52,678 nucleotides of DNA from a virus (lineage: Duplodnaviria > Caudoviricetes): positions 1-52,678 of IMG/VR virus record IMGVR_UViG_3300034068_000495. One strand, written 5' to 3'. The notes beneath the pieces were generated by a model that did not search any database, was not told the origin of the DNA, and saw only the letters and a list, made by a program, of their open reading frames with translations. Numbering within the stretch: position 1 is the stretch's first letter; each line of letters begins with the position of its first letter. Positions 1 to 7,560 of the stretch are shown here, piece after piece. The translations under genes were made by a program, and so were the position numbers.

Positions 1-2
1 AC

Positions 3-695
3 GACGACGACATCTCTCAGGTGATCGCGGAGATCCGAAACCTCGGCTCGGTCGACATGATCGTGATCGACACGCTGGCGCAGGTGACCCCCGGCGCCAA
101 CGAAAACACCAGCGAGGATATGGGCCGCGCACTGCGCAACATTAACCTGCTGCACGAGGCCATTGGCGCCATGAACCTCGTCGTCCACCACGCGGGCAAG
201 GACTTGTCGAAGGGGTCGCGCGGCTGGTCCGGCCTGAAGGCTGCGGCCGACGTGCAGATTGAGGTGCTGCGCCACGAGAACGGCGACCGCGAGATCATCA
301 TCGAGAAGATGAAGGACGGCGAGGACGGCGTTCGATACCCGTTCAAGCTGGAGGTGATCGACGTAGGCATTGACTACGACGGCGACGTCATCACGAGCTG
401 CGTCGCGGTCGAGACCGAGCTGTCGACACCGGCCGGGAACCCGGCGGATCGCAAGGAGGTCAAGCGGCGCGGACGTGTAGAAAATCACCTATTGGAAATT
501 ATGACCGTGTTTGGCAGCGACAGTATCGTCAGTGCCGTAGACCTGATCGACCGCGCCGTGGCCGATTTGCCTGCGCCAGAGGCCGGCAAGCGCGACACCC
601 GCAGACAGTCAGTTGTCCGGGCAATTCAGACACTTAGCAAAGAGAAGGACGGCCCGCTGCGCATGGAAGGCGGAAAGATTATCTTCTACGAGTAA
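3..695 (+). CDS. C-terminal part of RepA/AAA_25-type (primase-)helicase, truncated by window edge
   Basis: Walker B-like MIVIDTLAQV, GANEN, VVHHAGKD..KGSRGWSGLKAAAD, KMKDGE motifs; frame open from position 3. Confidence 0.85.
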   Translation, partial: DDDISQVIAEIRNLGSVDMIVIDTLAQVTPGANENTSEDMGRALRNINLLHEAIGAMNLVVHHAGKDLSKGSRGWSGLKAAADVQIEVLRHENGDREIIIEKMKDGEDGVRYPFKLEVIDVGIDYDGDVITSCVAVETELSTPAGNPADRKEVKRRGRVENHLLEIMTVFGSDSIVSAVDLIDRAVADLPAPEAGKRDTRRQSVVRAIQTLSKEKDGPLRMEGGKIIFYE

Positions 696-775
696 AAAAC
701 TGCAAATGGGGTGTTGCAATGCTGAATTGCATATGCGAGAGAGGGTCATCAGCAACGCAGGAGACACCCGAAATG
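692..775 (+). promoter_or_regulatory. Conserved phage promoter-leader element, copy 1
   Basis: GTAAAAAACTGCA..TTGCAA(714)-N7-TTGCATATGCGAGAGAGGGTCATCAGCAACGCAGGAGACACCCGAAATG; near-identical elements at 6843, 48626, 50432. Confidence 0.85.
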
Positions 776-940
776 ACGAAAGCCGCAAACTATTACACGC
801 TCGGCAAGGGCCGCGCGGTCGTCTGCATCGAGATCATCGACGCAGGTCGCCGCGTCCAGCTCGCCGAGCATCAGGTCGACGGGAAGCGCGCCGCGCGTGC
901 CGTGGCTGCACAGTACGACGCAACCCCGTGGAACTTTTGA
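773..940 (+). CDS. Hypothetical protein (55 aa)
   Basis: ATG at 773 follows GGAG in the conserved leader; MTKAANYYTLG...PWNF. Confidence 0.75.
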   Translation: MTKAANYYTLGKGRAVVCIEIIDAGRRVQLAEHQVDGKRAARAVAAQYDATPWNF

Positions 941-941
941 C

Positions 942-1154
942 ATGACTGACATCTGGGAACTGTTCCGCGAGGAAGAAGAGCGCCGCGTTCAGGAAGAGCG
1001 CGAGCTGATTGCCGCCGAAGACGCCGCATGGGTCGCACTGCCACAGGCCGAACGCGACCGCATCATTGCCGAGCGCGAGGCCAAGTGGGAGGCCCTGCCT
1101 GACGAGCCAGAAACGGACGATGAAGATGAAGAGGAGGACGACGATGATGAATGA
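942..1154 (+). CDS. Small highly acidic protein
   Basis: ATG 942 immediately after upstream stop; tail DEPETDDEDEEEDDDDE. Confidence 0.7.
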   Translation: MTDIWELFREEEERRVQEERELIAAEDAAWVALPQAERDRIIAEREAKWEALPDEPETDDEDEEEDDDDE

Positions 1155-1290
1155 CCGCAGTTACCTGCGCACACTGAGCGACCGCGAGTTGATGGAACTC
1201 GCGACAGCCGATAGTGAGCTGGCACTTGTGCTGGCCGAGCGCCTCGAAGAGGCACGCAACAACAGCCCCGTGTATGGAGACGACGCATGA
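1147..1290 (+). CDS. Hypothetical protein (47 aa)
   Basis: MNDRSYLRTLSDRELMELA..; GAGGAGG upstream; overlaps both neighbours. Confidence 0.6.
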   Translation: MNDRSYLRTLSDRELMELATADSELALVLAERLEEARNNSPVYGDDA

Positions 1291-1490
1291 GCGCCCGCCG
1301 CTTTGCACTGGTCGCACTGGCCGCGATAGCTCCGTATGTCGTGGTTTACGCCGCTACAGCGTTTTCGCTTTGGCAGGCAAACCCCGAACATTGGGACGCC
1401 TCAGCTCGCGGCCTAGCTGTCTGGGTCGCGGTATCAGCTAGTATGTTTTTTGCACCAATGACGGCCATTTTTCCGGGAGACGACGCATGA
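1287..1490 (+). CDS. Small membrane protein (2 hydrophobic segments)
   Basis: FALVALAAIAPYVVVYAA and LAVWVAVSASMFFA; ATGA overlaps at both ends. Confidence 0.65.
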   Translation: MSARRFALVALAAIAPYVVVYAATAFSLWQANPEHWDASARGLAVWVAVSASMFFAPMTAIFPGDDA

Positions 1491-1894
1491 CCTACCGCAT
1501 CGAAATCACAGCAGACAGCCTCACCGAACTTGCCGGCCGCGTACTGGCGCTGTCCGCGCAGTTGCAGACGACCGTACCCGTGTTCGTGCATCACGCCAGC
1601 GCGGCGCCCGCCAAAGACCCGACACCAGCCAAGACCGCCGCGAACGAGATTGTGGCGCTGATGGCTGCAGCCGCCGAGCCTGTTGCGGAAGATGCCGCAC
1701 CTGAAGTTCGCGAAAATCCTGTCGCCGCACTCGACTTCGACACCGAAGTGGCACCGCACGTGCTGGAACTCGTCAAGGCCAAGGGCAAGCCGGCAGCGCA
1801 GGAGATCCTGAGCCAGTTTGGCGTCGAGAAGGCGTCGCTGCTCGACCCGGTTCGCTGGCCTGAGCTGGTCGCCACGCTGAAGGGGGCACTCTGA
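1487..1894 (+). CDS. Conserved phage protein typically preceding the Cas4-like nuclease in APSE-type modules
   Basis: Ala/Pro linker then KGKPAAQEILSQFGVEKASLL..; position in module. Confidence 0.7.
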   Translation: MTYRIEITADSLTELAGRVLALSAQLQTTVPVFVHHASAAPAKDPTPAKTAANEIVALMAAAAEPVAEDAAPEVRENPVAALDFDTEVAPHVLELVKAKGKPAAQEILSQFGVEKASLLDPVRWPELVATLKGAL

Positions 1895-3120
1895 TGGCGC
1901 ACGCCAAGCTGAGCCCGTCGGGGGCGCACCGCTGGCTGCGCTGCCCCGGCAGCGTCGTCCTTGAGGCTCCGTACCCGGACACGAGCAGCATTTACGCCCG
2001 TGAAGGCACCGCCGCGCACGAGCTGTCCGCCATGGTCCTCGAGAACGAGGATGCAGACGCGCAGGGCTACGTCGGCTACAAGATCGAGTTCGACGACAAC
2101 GACGAAGTCGTGCAGTGGCTCGTCACGAAAGACATGGCCGACTACGTCGACGACTACGTCAAGCTCGTGCGCGACATGGCCGAGGGCAAGACGCTCTTGG
2201 TCGAGCGTCGGTTGCCCATCGACCACCTGACCGGCGAGGACGGGGCCACTGGCACCAGCGACGCCGTGATCGTGGACACGACGGGGAACAACCTGACCAT
2301 CATCGACCTGAAGTACGGCATGGGCCGCGTCGTTGCGCAGGATAACCCGCAGCTCATGATGTACGCCCTCGGTGCCTTGGAGGAGTATTCCATTCTGGGC
2401 GACTTCGCTACCATCAGCATGTACATCCACATGCCGCGCCTGAACTTCGTCAGCGAGTGGCACGTGCCGACCGAGGAGCTGCTGGCCGACGGTGAAGACA
2501 TCCGCAAGGGGGCGCAGATGTGCCGCGCGGCCGAGGACGAGGATCCGACGACCCTGAGCGAGTTCCTTGAGCCGGGCGAGGCGCAGTGCCGGTTCTGCAA
2601 GGCCAAGTCGACGTGCCCGGCGCTGCGCGCCGAGATGACGGACGTGGTGGGTGGCGACGCGGCGTGCACGCTTGACGAGTTTGCGGAGTTCTTGCCTGAG
2701 ACGGTCGACACCGCCACCGGCGACAACTACCTGCCGATGGCCATGGCCAAGGTCGATCTGGTCGAGGCGTGGTGCAAGTCGGTCCGCGCCGAGGTCGAGC
2801 GTCGCCTGCTTGCCGGGCAGAAGGTCGACGGCTACAAGCTGGTCGAGGGCAAGCGCGGCAACCGCAAGTGGGGCAGCGAGGCCGAAGTCGAGGGCCTGCT
2901 GAAATCGTTCCGCATGCGGCAGGATGAGATGTATGACTTCAGCCTGATCTCGCCGACGACTGCCGAGAAGGTATTAAAGCAAAACCCCACGCGCTGGGCC
3001 AAGGTCAAAGAGCTGATCACCCAGAGCACGGGCAAACCATCTGTGGCACCCGCCACGGATAAGCGGCCAGAACTGGTCGTTCCATCGGTCGCTGCAGATT
3101 TCAGCGACCTCATCAACTGA
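1894..3120 (+). CDS. Cas4-like PD-(D/E)xK exonuclease (DUF2800-type)
   Basis: HAKLSPSGAHRWLRCPGS, GTAAHEL, GTSDAVI, IIDLKYG, NPQLMMYALG, CRFCKAKSTCP. Confidence 0.9.
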   Translation: MAHAKLSPSGAHRWLRCPGSVVLEAPYPDTSSIYAREGTAAHELSAMVLENEDADAQGYVGYKIEFDDNDEVVQWLVTKDMADYVDDYVKLVRDMAEGKTLLVERRLPIDHLTGEDGATGTSDAVIVDTTGNNLTIIDLKYGMGRVVAQDNPQLMMYALGALEEYSILGDFATISMYIHMPRLNFVSEWHVPTEELLADGEDIRKGAQMCRAAEDEDPTTLSEFLEPGEAQCRFCKAKSTCPALRAEMTDVVGGDAACTLDEFAEFLPETVDTATGDNYLPMAMAKVDLVEAWCKSVRAEVERRLLAGQKVDGYKLVEGKRGNRKWGSEAEVEGLLKSFRMRQDEMYDFSLISPTTAEKVLKQNPTRWAKVKELITQSTGKPSVAPATDKRPELVVPSVAADFSDLIN

Positions 3121-3136
3121 CAACTGGAGATTTGAT

Positions 3137-3727
3137 ATGACTGCCAAGACACAAATCATGCTGAAGAACGTCGTCCTCGCGTTCCCGTCGATTGCCGAGC
3201 CGCAGGCCTTCGGTGAAGGCGAACCGGCCTATGGGGCAAAGTTCCCCATCAAGCCGAACTCCGAACACCACAAGGCCATCGAAGCCGCCATTCTCTTGGT
3301 CGCCAAGGAGGAGTGGAAGGACAAGGCGGACAGCGTACTTGAGATGCTGGTCGACGACGGCAAAGTTGCCTTCACCAAGAAGGTCTACAAGTCGAAGAAG
3401 ACCGGCGACGCATACGCGGGTTTCGAGGGCATGCACTACCTGTCCAGCCGCAACGCCAAGACCCAGCCTACCGTGTTCGACAAGTACGGTGAGCCTGTCG
3501 TCGGCAAGGCTGCCATCGAGCAGCAGGCGCACAGTGGCGCCGTGGCCAACGCCTCGCTCGAAATCTGGGCGCAGGACAACAAGTGGGGTCGCCGCATCAA
3601 CTGCTCGCTGCGCGGCGTCATGCTGACCGGCGAGGGCGAGAGCTTCGGTGGCGGATCGGCTCCGGCCGGCGCTGACGAGTTCGCGGCGTTCGCCAAGGCC
3701 AAGGCCGACGCGGCAGACATCCTGTGA
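3137..3727 (+). CDS. Single-stranded DNA-binding protein (DUF2815-type)
   Basis: [29 protein letters not shown], acidic/aromatic tail; between Cas4-like gene and polA. Confidence 0.85.
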   Translation: MTAKTQIMLKNVVLAFPSIAEPQAFGEGEPAYGAKFPIKPNSEHHKAIEAAILLVAKEEWKDKADSVLEMLVDDGKVAFTKKVYKSKKTGDAYAGFEGMHYLSSRNAKTQPTVFDKYGEPVVGKAAIEQQAHSGAVANASLEIWAQDNKWGRRINCSLRGVMLTGEGESFGGGSAPAGADEFAAFAKAKADAADIL

Positions 3728-3978
3728 TCGAAGCCGGTCACAACGCGGCCGACGACCGGCTGCGGCTCCTGATCGAGCGTGTTGAGACGCTCGAAGAGGA
3801 GAAGAAGGGTGTCATGGACGACATTAAGGACGTCTACGGCGAGGCGAAGGCCGTCGGCTATGACGTCAAGATCCTGAAGCAGATCGTCCGTCTGCGGAAG
3901 ATGGAGGCCGACGACAGGCGCGAGATGGAGACCATTCTCGACCTGTACAAGGCGGCCCTTGGCATGGATCTGCTGTAG
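3724..3978 (+). CDS. gapR: GapR (DUF2312/UPF0335) nucleoid-associated protein homologue
   Basis: [55 protein letters not shown] is the family signature. Confidence 0.9.
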   Translation: MIEAGHNAADDRLRLLIERVETLEEEKKGVMDDIKDVYGEAKAVGYDVKILKQIVRLRKMEADDRREMETILDLYKAALGMDLL

Positions 3979-3987
3979 GGCTATAGG
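3959..3987 (+). promoter_or_regulatory. Sigma70-type promoter
   Basis: TTGGCA (3959-3964), 17 nt spacer, TATAGG (3982-3987) directly upstream of a structured non-coding region. Confidence 0.55.
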
Positions 3988-3989
3988 GC

Positions 3990-4102
3990 GGGCGCGGGCG
4001 GTGAGCCGTCCGTGCCCTCCTTTCAGGCGGGCCGTGCTGCGCGTGGGGTGTCCCTCCCTTCGTTGCTGATAACTTCGCGGCACGGCCCACCTGAACGGAG
4101 GG
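3990..4102 (+). ncRNA. Structured leader / candidate antisense RNA
   Basis: 5' hairpin (about 3990-4017) plus 27-bp stem (4015-4041 with 4076-4102) enclosing a 34-nt loop complementary to the repeated early leaders. Confidence 0.6.
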
Positions 4103-4108
4103 ACCAAC

Positions 4109-4402
4109 ATGAAACGCACAATTCCAGAAATCCGCGAACTGATCGCCGCCTTGACCGAGGAGAGCAAGGTGCTCGCCCGGCGGCAGCTCTACATCGCGCA
4201 GAAGATCAACAAGCTGGCGCAGGAGACGCGCCGCCGGAGCTACGACCGCGCGCCGGTGACCAGTCGCCGCGTGACGGCGGCGGTGCGGGCGTCTGTGCGC
4301 CAGATGGCCGCCGACTTCCCCGACATGTCCTACCAGTCGCTGGCGGAGGCGCACGACATCAACATCGGCCGTGTCAGCGAGACACTGCACGGGAAGCGTT
4401 GA
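4109..4402 (+). CDS. Coiled-coil plus C-terminal HTH DNA-binding protein
   Basis: PDMSYQSLAEAHDINIGRVSETL is an HTH pattern; SD GGAGGG at 4097-4102. Confidence 0.7.
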   Translation: MKRTIPEIRELIAALTEESKVLARRQLYIAQKINKLAQETRRRSYDRAPVTSRRVTAAVRASVRQMAADFPDMSYQSLAEAHDINIGRVSETLHGKR

Positions 4403-6366
4403 TGTCGACGCTGTGGCTGGACCTCGAAACCTACAGCACGACCCCCATCAAGCAGGGCGCGCACAGGTACGCCGAGGCAGCCGAGGTGTTGCTGGTGGCC
4501 GTCGCACTGGACGACGAGCCGGTAGCGGTCTGGGACACGCAGGACCGGCCAGACTGGCGCTTCGACCTGCAGCGCCTCATCAACGACGCCGACACCATCG
4601 TCATCCACAACAGCGCGTTCGACCGGACGGTGCTGCGCCACAACGGCGTGCACGTACCCGTGGAGAAGATCGAGGACACGATGGTCATCGCGCTCGCGCA
4701 CAGCCTGCCGGCGTCGCTGGGCAGCCTCTGCGACGTGCTGGGCGTACCGCAAGATAAGGCTAAAGACAAAGCCGGTCGACGGTTTATACAGCTATTCACG
4801 AAGCCGTGTCCCAAGAACTGGAAAACCCGGCGCGCAACACGGGAGACACACCCAGATGAGTGGACAGCCTTCATCGAATACGCCCGTCTCGATGTGGACG
4901 CGATGCGAAACATACATGGACGCATGCCGGCTTGGAACAATTCACACGGTGAGCGGCACCTTTGGGGACTTGACCAAAGAATTAACGACCGTGGTGTCGC
5001 CATCGATCTTCAGTTCGCAGGCGCCGCAATTCGAGCTTTTCAACGAGCTACACGATCTCTGGCCGCTCGTGCGTCCCATCTGACCGGGGGCGACGTGTCG
5101 TCGACGACGCAGCGCCAGCGCTTCCTCGACTACATGCGCGACGCCCGGGGCTTCGAGACGGAGGACCTGACCAAGGGCACCGTGGAGACGCTGCTCAAGG
5201 GCACGCTGGACCCGCACGTCCGCGAGCTGCTGGAGATCCGCCAGCAGGCCTCAGCCACGTCACCGGCGAAGTTCGGCGTCCTGATCGGCTCGACGTCCAC
5301 CGACGGCCGCCTGCGCGGCACCGTGCAGTTCTGCGGCGCCGGGCGCACCGGCCGCGACGCGGGGCGGATATTCCAGCCCCAGAACCTGCCGCGTTCGCCC
5401 GACTGGTTCGACGGGGACGTGCAGGAGGCCACGATTGCGGCGTTCAAGTACGACTGCGAGGACATCATATACGACAATGTCAGCGAGCGCTGCGCCTTCG
5501 CCGTGCGCGGCGCGCTGGTGGCCGAGCCCGGCAACAAGCTCGTCATTGCCGACCTGTCGAACATCGAGGGCCGCGTACTGGCGTGGCTGGCGGACGAGCG
5601 GTGGAAGATCGAGGCGTTCAAGCTGTATGATCGCGGCGAGGGGCCCGACCTGTACAAGGTCACCGCAGGCGTCATCCTCGGCAAAGATCCGCAGGAGGTC
5701 ACCAAGGCCGAGCGCCAGACGCAGGGCAAGGTGCCCGAGTTGGCTGGGGGCTACGGTGGCGGGCTGGGCGCGTACCGCAAGATGGGCGGCGACGTGTTCA
5801 ACGCCATGGACGACGACGAGATCATGACAATCGTGCGCGGCTGGCGCAAGGCACACCCGGCGACGAAGAAGCTGTGGTACGACGTCGAGGGCGCCGTCCG
5901 TTCGGCGGTGCTCACGCCCGGCGACAGCTTCGACGTGCGCGGCCTGCTGCGGGTAGACACGGCGAGCGGCCCCGACACCGTCGGCTACGTCCGCATCCGC
6001 CTGCCGAGCGGCCGCTATCTCTGCTACCGCAACCTGCACAAGGATGACGCGGGCAAGCTGCTGTATGAGGGCGTCGACCAGTACACACGCCAGTGGAAGC
6101 TGCTGGAGACGTACTACGGCAAGCTGGTGGAGAATGTCGTGCAGGCAATCGCCCGCGACGTCTTCATGACCGGCCTGCGCAAGGCCGAGGAGGCTGGCTA
6201 CCCGGTCGTCCTGCGCGTGCATGATGAACTGGTTTGCGAGGTGCCGGACGACCCGTCGTTTACCGACGCGGCGTTGTCGGCTATGATGTCCACCAACCCA
6301 AGCTGGGCAATCGGCCTGCCACTGGCGGCGGCGGGGTTTGAGGCGCGGCGCTATAGGAAGGGTTGA
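4402..6366 (+). CDS. polA: DNA polymerase family A (phage, with 3'-5' exonuclease)
   Basis: WLDLETYS, HNSAFDR, QPQNLPR, ADLSNIEGRVLAW, GKVPELAGGYG, RVHDELV; ATG 4402 overlaps upstream TGA. Confidence 0.95.
   Translation: MSTLWLDLETYSTTPIKQGAHRYAEAAEVLLVAVALDDEPVAVWDTQDRPDWRFDLQRLINDADTIVIHNSAFDRTVLRHNGVHVPVEKIEDTMVIALAHSLPASLGSLCDVLGVPQDKAKDKAGRRFIQLFTKPCPKNWKTRRATRETHPDEWTAFIEYARLDVDAMRNIHGRMPAWNNSHGERHLWGLDQRINDRGVAIDLQFAGAAIRAFQRATRSLAARASHLTGGDVSSTTQRQRFLDYMRDARGFETEDLTKGTVETLLKGTLDPHVRELLEIRQQASATSPAKFGVLIGSTSTDGRLRGTVQFCGAGRTGRDAGRIFQPQNLPRSPDWFDGDVQEATIAAFKYDCEDIIYDNVSERCAFAVRGALVAEPGNKLVIADLSNIEGRVLAWLADERWKIEAFKLYDRGEGPDLYKVTAGVILGKDPQEVTKAERQTQGKVPELAGGYGGGLGAYRKMGGDVFNAMDDDEIMTIVRGWRKAHPATKKLWYDVEGAVRSAVLTPGDSFDVRGLLRVDTASGPDTVGYVRIRLPSGRYLCYRNLHKDDAGKLLYEGVDQYTRQWKLLETYYGKLVENVVQAIARDVFMTGLRKAEEAGYPVVLRVHDELVCEVPDDPSFTDAALSAMMSTNPSWAIGLPLAAAGFEARRYRKG
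4856..5083 (+). CDS. Candidate overprinted gene (75 aa) in the +1 frame of polA
   Basis: Leader GCAACACGGGAGACAC..ATG like early genes; polA third-position GC collapses over this ORF and recovers at its stop. Confidence 0.55.
   Translation: MSGQPSSNTPVSMWTRCETYMDACRLGTIHTVSGTFGDLTKELTTVVSPSIFSSQAPQFELFNELHDLWPLVRPI
6259..6287 (+). promoter_or_regulatory. Sigma70-type promoter inside the 3' end of polA
   Basis: TTTACC-17 nt-TATGAT. Confidence 0.45.
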
Positions 6367-6563
6367 TGTTCACGCAGCTCGACCCCTCGATCCCGATGGA
6401 CACCCCGAAGGGGCGCGGGCTGGCGTTGGCCGTTATCGATTACGGCCTCGAACACAACCTGCTTTGGGTCGTCGCGGTCGACGAGACGCGCGAGATATGG
6501 TGCGTGCCCAATGCCGACGTGCGCGTGCAGCCGAACTGGTCGGCGGGAAGGCCGCCACCATGA
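6366..6563 (+). CDS. Hypothetical phage protein (65 aa)
   Basis: TGATG coupling with polA; TPKGRG.A..VIDYG.EH.L.WVV. Confidence 0.75.
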   Translation: MFTQLDPSIPMDTPKGRGLALAVIDYGLEHNLLWVVAVDETREIWCVPNADVRVQPNWSAGRPPP

Positions 6564-6856
6564 CCCCCGCCAGCAAGCTGCAGGACCACCTGAAGAAGCT
6601 CGTGCAGGGCAGCGGGGGCCAGTACCGCAAGGTGCGCTGGGAGAACCGCAACGGGTGCCCTGACTGCTACATCTGGTGGACGTGGCCGCGCGCCGCCTTC
6701 GTGGAGGTCAAGGCCGACGGCGACCGTCTCAGCGGCCACCAGCAGCGCGAGATCGAGCGCATGCGGGCCGACGGCGTCCCGGTGTTCATCGCCCGGTCGA
6801 TGGAGGACATCGACGATATCGTGAAAATAGTTAGGGAGGGGGGTTGCAACCTCTGA
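6560..6856 (+). CDS. VRR-NUC domain nuclease
   Basis: GCPDC..AAFVEVKADGDRLSGHQ..EIERM...G.PVFI. Confidence 0.88.
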   Translation: MTPASKLQDHLKKLVQGSGGQYRKVRWENRNGCPDCYIWWTWPRAAFVEVKADGDRLSGHQQREIERMRADGVPVFIARSMEDIDDIVKIVREGGCNL

Positions 6857-6908
6857 TTGCATGTGCGAGAAGGGTTCATCAGCAACGCAAACAGGGACTA
6901 AGCAAATG
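6843..6908 (+). promoter_or_regulatory. Conserved phage promoter-leader element, copy 2
   Basis: TTGCAA(6844)-N7-TTGCATGTGCGAGAAGGGTTCATCAGCAACGCAAACAGGGACTAAGCAAATG. Confidence 0.85.
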
Positions 6909-7337
6909 GCACTTTCACTCTCTTATCGCGACGATCTGGTCGATCTGGGTCGTGACGAAGACGGTTCAGTTATCGTGGGTCGTTCGTTTTACGTAGTAGC
7001 AGAAGACGAAGCCGGTCATCGTTGGGCGCACGCTCATTCGTTTCTGGATCATGCCGAGCGTTACGATGCCGAGGAAGGCCTTCATTATTGGGCGCGTCGT
7101 TGGGACAACGAAGCTGAAGACGCAGTCGCCGCTCTTCTGGCTCGTATCGAAGCCGCTGTGGCCGCCGGTCGTCGTCTGGACGCCGCTCATTGGGTCGAGG
7201 TCGATCCGGCGTATGGCTCGGCTGCTTATCAGGATTTGGCCGCCGTCGGTTACTTCGCCGCTCGTGAGCGTCACGAGGCTCGCGAAGCAGGCGAAGCGGT
7301 CCCCTTCGATCAGCTTTGCGATTATCATTTTGCGTGA
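6906..7337 (+). CDS. Hypothetical protein with atypical (T-ending) codon usage
   Basis: ATG 6906 after conserved leader; W.E.DPAYGS.AYQ segment; many CGT/GGT/GCT codons. Confidence 0.8.
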   Translation: MALSLSYRDDLVDLGRDEDGSVIVGRSFYVVAEDEAGHRWAHAHSFLDHAERYDAEEGLHYWARRWDNEAEDAVAALLARIEAAVAAGRRLDAAHWVEVDPAYGSAAYQDLAAVGYFAARERHEAREAGEAVPFDQLCDYHFA

Positions 7338-7342
7338 GGCGC

Positions 7343-7362
7343 GTGGGGGCTTCGGCCCCCAC
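7343..7362 (+). terminator. GC-rich cUUCGg hairpin (terminator or stabiliser; no U-tract)
   Basis: GTGGGGGC-TTCG-GCCCCCAC. Confidence 0.55.
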
Positions 7363-7380
7363 CAACTTGGAGACACCGAC

Positions 7381-7560
7381 ATGACCATCAACAAAAACTA
7401 CAAAGACCGGACGATCAGTTTCGAGTGCGATACCTGTGGAGACGAGTATGAGGCCGACGGCCTCAACTTCTACGACGCCTACGATGACTACAAGCAAAAC
7501 GGCGGCATCGCGCGCCTTGTCGGCGGGGATTGGGAGCACACCTGCGAGAACTGTAAGTGA
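7381..7560 (+). CDS. Small zinc-ribbon protein (59 aa)
   Basis: CDTC...CENC; leader GGAGACACCGACATG. Confidence 0.75.
   Translation: MTINKNYKDRTISFECDTCGDEYEADGLNFYDAYDDYKQNGGIARLVGGDWEHTCENCK

Noticed and set aside
1894-3120. Cas4-like nuclease as evidence of a CRISPR system
   Set aside because: No repeat-spacer array or other cas genes; this family is a standard part of APSE-type replication modules
4012-4401. ORF-track N-terminal extension of polA to 784 aa
   Set aside because: It runs through the structured RNA and a better gene in another frame; polymerase motifs begin at ATG 4402
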